Assembly (NCBI GenBank): GCA_043228905.1
Contig: JBHGNT010000020.1
Coordinates: forward strand, 5,890,001 to 5,954,000
Length of the DNA: 64,000 nucleotides
Source: Azolla caroliniana
Lineage: Eukaryota; Plantae; Polypodiophyta
Reading direction: 5' to 3'
The notes under the pieces are model-generated. The model ran no database searches. It was not told where the DNA came from and saw only the letters and a program-made list of their open reading frames with translations. Shown here one piece after another: positions 61,401 through 64,000 of this stretch; position 1 is the stretch's first letter, and each line of letters opens with the position of its first letter. The translations under genes and the position numbers were made by a program.

Positions 61401-64000
61401 TGTCGCGTTGTTACGCGCGTGTGTGGAGAAAGGCGGGACCACGAGGGTCTTGGACTAGGGAGCGCCGGAGTGTAGGAAGTTGCACTTCACCATTTTCTGG
61501 GGCACCCCTGAAACGCACCGGAAGCAGCCGACGAGAGAGAGGGAGTGAGAGAGCGTGCTTGACACCGACTCACGTGCGCACACACACACACACCCTCTTG
61601 TACAGGAAAGCAGGGAAGGAGGGGAGCACTCGACACCAACGAGACGCCAATATACACAGATAGACGCAAACGTATATGTATATATATATAAGAAGAATAC
61701 ACTCCCGGCTTTGAGCCGGACCAGGATAGTTTACAACAGTCGTCTACTGTCAAGCCGCCGTCGGGGACCTCTCGGGCTCGTCGCGCCGAGCGGGGTCTTG
61801 CACAGGAGATAAGCTGCAGCTAACCCTAAACGAACACGAAGGGGAAGAAGAAGAAGCAGAAGAAACCTAACCCTAAACCTACCGGTATACCCTCTAATCC
61901 AAAATGGGCAACCCTTTTACAAAGGGCGTTCCCTCCCTTTTATAGAACAAGGAGAGGGATGCGTTACAATGTGGGACAAATCTCGACTTTCATGGGATCG
62001 TCTGTCCCGACTTGACTACTCTTCGGCGCCATAAAGGCGCCCTCGATATTCACACCAAATGTACATGGGTGCGTACACACGTTGCACCCCACCGATGTAG
62101 ACAATGTTTCCCGGTTTTCGCCTATGGCCGAAATTCTTCACGACATCCGCCCCCACCTAACTGCACGTCCACCGGTACGTGCCAATCTGGTTGAAGGGTG
62201 AGAGATTTCGGCCGGTGAGAAACCGGTCTGCCGTGATCCGCATCTCGGCTCGCTGCCGGTTTGATCCGGCGGCTTCGAGTCTTCCTTCGCGCTCGCCTCC
62301 CCGTAGGCTCGTTCAACCCGTCGATGGGTCCTCTGCGGCGATCTCCATAGCACGCGTTCATCCGTTGGCCCTTGTTCGGCCGTACGAACGCCCCGCTTCC
62401 CGCCGTATGCCCGATGTCCTCCGCTAGAGGAATGCCCGTGGCAGCCCGCTTGGCCTCCGTTGTCGAATGATGATGTCCCGATGGTGTCTCGCGTCGCCTT
62501 CGTCCTTCCGCCACCACCTTCCTTCTCCATGGTCTTACATCGCCGCGTCGGCTCGAACCGCCATGGTCTCCGGAACGGTGTGGAAGATCCCTTTCCGGCC
62601 TTCTCCGCGCTCGCCTTTCCGCTCCGGCACCTCCGTGTGTTACCTACCCTCGTCTGTTGTTTGGTACTGCCCGTGTTGCACTCCTCGTTGGCCCCTTTCC
62701 GGCCTGATCGTGCATCGCTGTTCACCCGCATACCGGTGTCCTTGCATCCGAGGAACACCCCGTAGTAGCCCGCTTGGCCCTTCCCGTCGTCGTGCTGCTG
62801 AAACAGGTTCTGGGTCTTTCGCTTGCCGTCGTCCCCTCGCCCCCACCAGCTTGTCACCCCGACTTGCCGTGTCAGTCTTTGTTACTTCGACGGAGTTACC
62901 GAGATCTATGAAGCGAGTGTGGAGGATCCTCCTCCGGCCTCTCTTGCCGTCCTGGTTCTGACCCTGTGCAGTCCACTAGGCACTTGTCCCTTCGTTCTCG
63001 GCACCTCCCTTGTGCCGTCTTCCGCTTCCTTCATTCGGCCTCGCTCGCGCCGAGCACCCTCCCGTAGTCACGCTTCGATCCGGCCCGTGATGGCCACTCG
63101 CGAGACTCTTGTTCTGTCCAAGGTGTGCCTTTCCAGCCTGACACACCTCCCCGTGTTCACCCCTATCGGCTCCTTCCGATACCTCGTGTCGTCGGGTCCC
63201 GTTCCCTGCCGCCACCGTCCTTCTCCCCCGGTCTCATGTTGCCACGTTGGCCGAACTGCCGGAGTCTCCGGATTAGTGTGAGGGTCCCATAGGGCCGGAC
63301 TCCGTTTCTATGCTTGCTGAAAGTCGGGTGTCTTTTGTTTGAGTCCCTCCCGGACTCTCCTCGTGCCTTCCGCGTAGCCGGGTCCCGTTTCCCGCCGCCA
63401 CCAACTTTCTCTGTCGGTCTCACAATGCCATGTTGGCCGAACTGCCGGAGTCTCTGGCTAAGTGTGGGGATCCCGTAGGACTGGACTTCCTTATGCCCAT
63501 TGTCTTTGTCACCTCGCCGCCACCGTCAGTATCTTGGTCTTACGTCGACCGTGTTGCTGACTGCCGAAGTCTCTAGAACCGGTGTGAAGGATCCTCTGTA
63601 GACCGGCCTTCCGTAGCCCTTGCCTTCGTCACCTCGCCGCCACCGTTAGTATCTTGGTCTTATGTCGACCGCGTTGCCGACTGCCGAAGTCTCTAGAACC
63701 GGTGTGAAGGATCCTCCGTAGGCCGCCGATTTGTCTTCCTGACCCTGTCCTGGGTCGTCCTTCTCCGTATGCCGAGAGGGCGTTTTGTTCCGCACCCTCT
63801 CCCGTGGTACCGACGTATCGTGTCCTCGGCCTCTTTGTAGGCCAGCTCTCTTCCTCCCTCCTGGAATGGTCATCCGGGAGTCCGCTCCGCCCGGTTCTCG
63901 CTCGGGTTCGTTCGTCTTTCTCCGGATTGCCGAGTCCCGTTCTCCTGTCGCCACCGATCTCTCTTGTCGGACTCACGCCGGCACTCGGGCCTGCAGCCGG
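61401..64000 (-). mobile_element. 3' end of an LTR element: LTR 61401-62145 plus a GC-rich repeat-bearing internal region
   Basis: TGTCGC..TTCACGACA, PPT AGGTGGGGGCGGA (reverse complement of 62146-62158), LTR homologous to 18055-18580, flank TCGT. The element continues beyond the window. Confidence 0.88.

Noticed and set aside
62122-63976. ORFs of 100-240 aa on both strands
   Set aside because: Overlapping R/G/P-rich frames expected from high GC content; no recognisable domain.

Overview
Eukaryotic land-plant nuclear DNA, probably a fern or other non-seed plant (inferred from the Tcn1-type chromoviruses and the microsatellite-rich background). Two intact host genes occupy a central island at about 33.7-48.4 kb: importin beta-1 (874 aa) and a 6-exon sorbitol dehydrogenase (370 aa). 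Both flanks are piles of nested transposons. Left: an old Ty1/copia (A) carries a 5.8-kb TIR DNA transposon with an 8-bp TSD (captured OSTC and IQD fragments plus an L1 3' end), an intact young Ty1/copia (B) and a solo LTR. Next is a decayed non-chromovirus Ty3/gypsy carrying a solo LTR, a 1.9-kb non-autonomous LTR element, a deleted copia and a Tcn1-like chromovirus 5' end. Right: copia F > chromovirus E > copia D, plus a GC-rich LTR element running off the window. Most notable: (i) the non-coding LTR element has a Tf1-style self-priming architecture that co-varies with a Tcn1-like LTR in the window, and an internal array of about 16 hairpins; (ii) antisense tRNA-like A/B boxes at the 5' ends of those LTRs; (iii) the gene-capturing TIR element; (iv) an LTR group with 4-bp CpG-centred target sites; (v) a 3' LTR whose PPT is overwritten by the 5' flank. 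All calls were made by eye from the sequence, without database searches.
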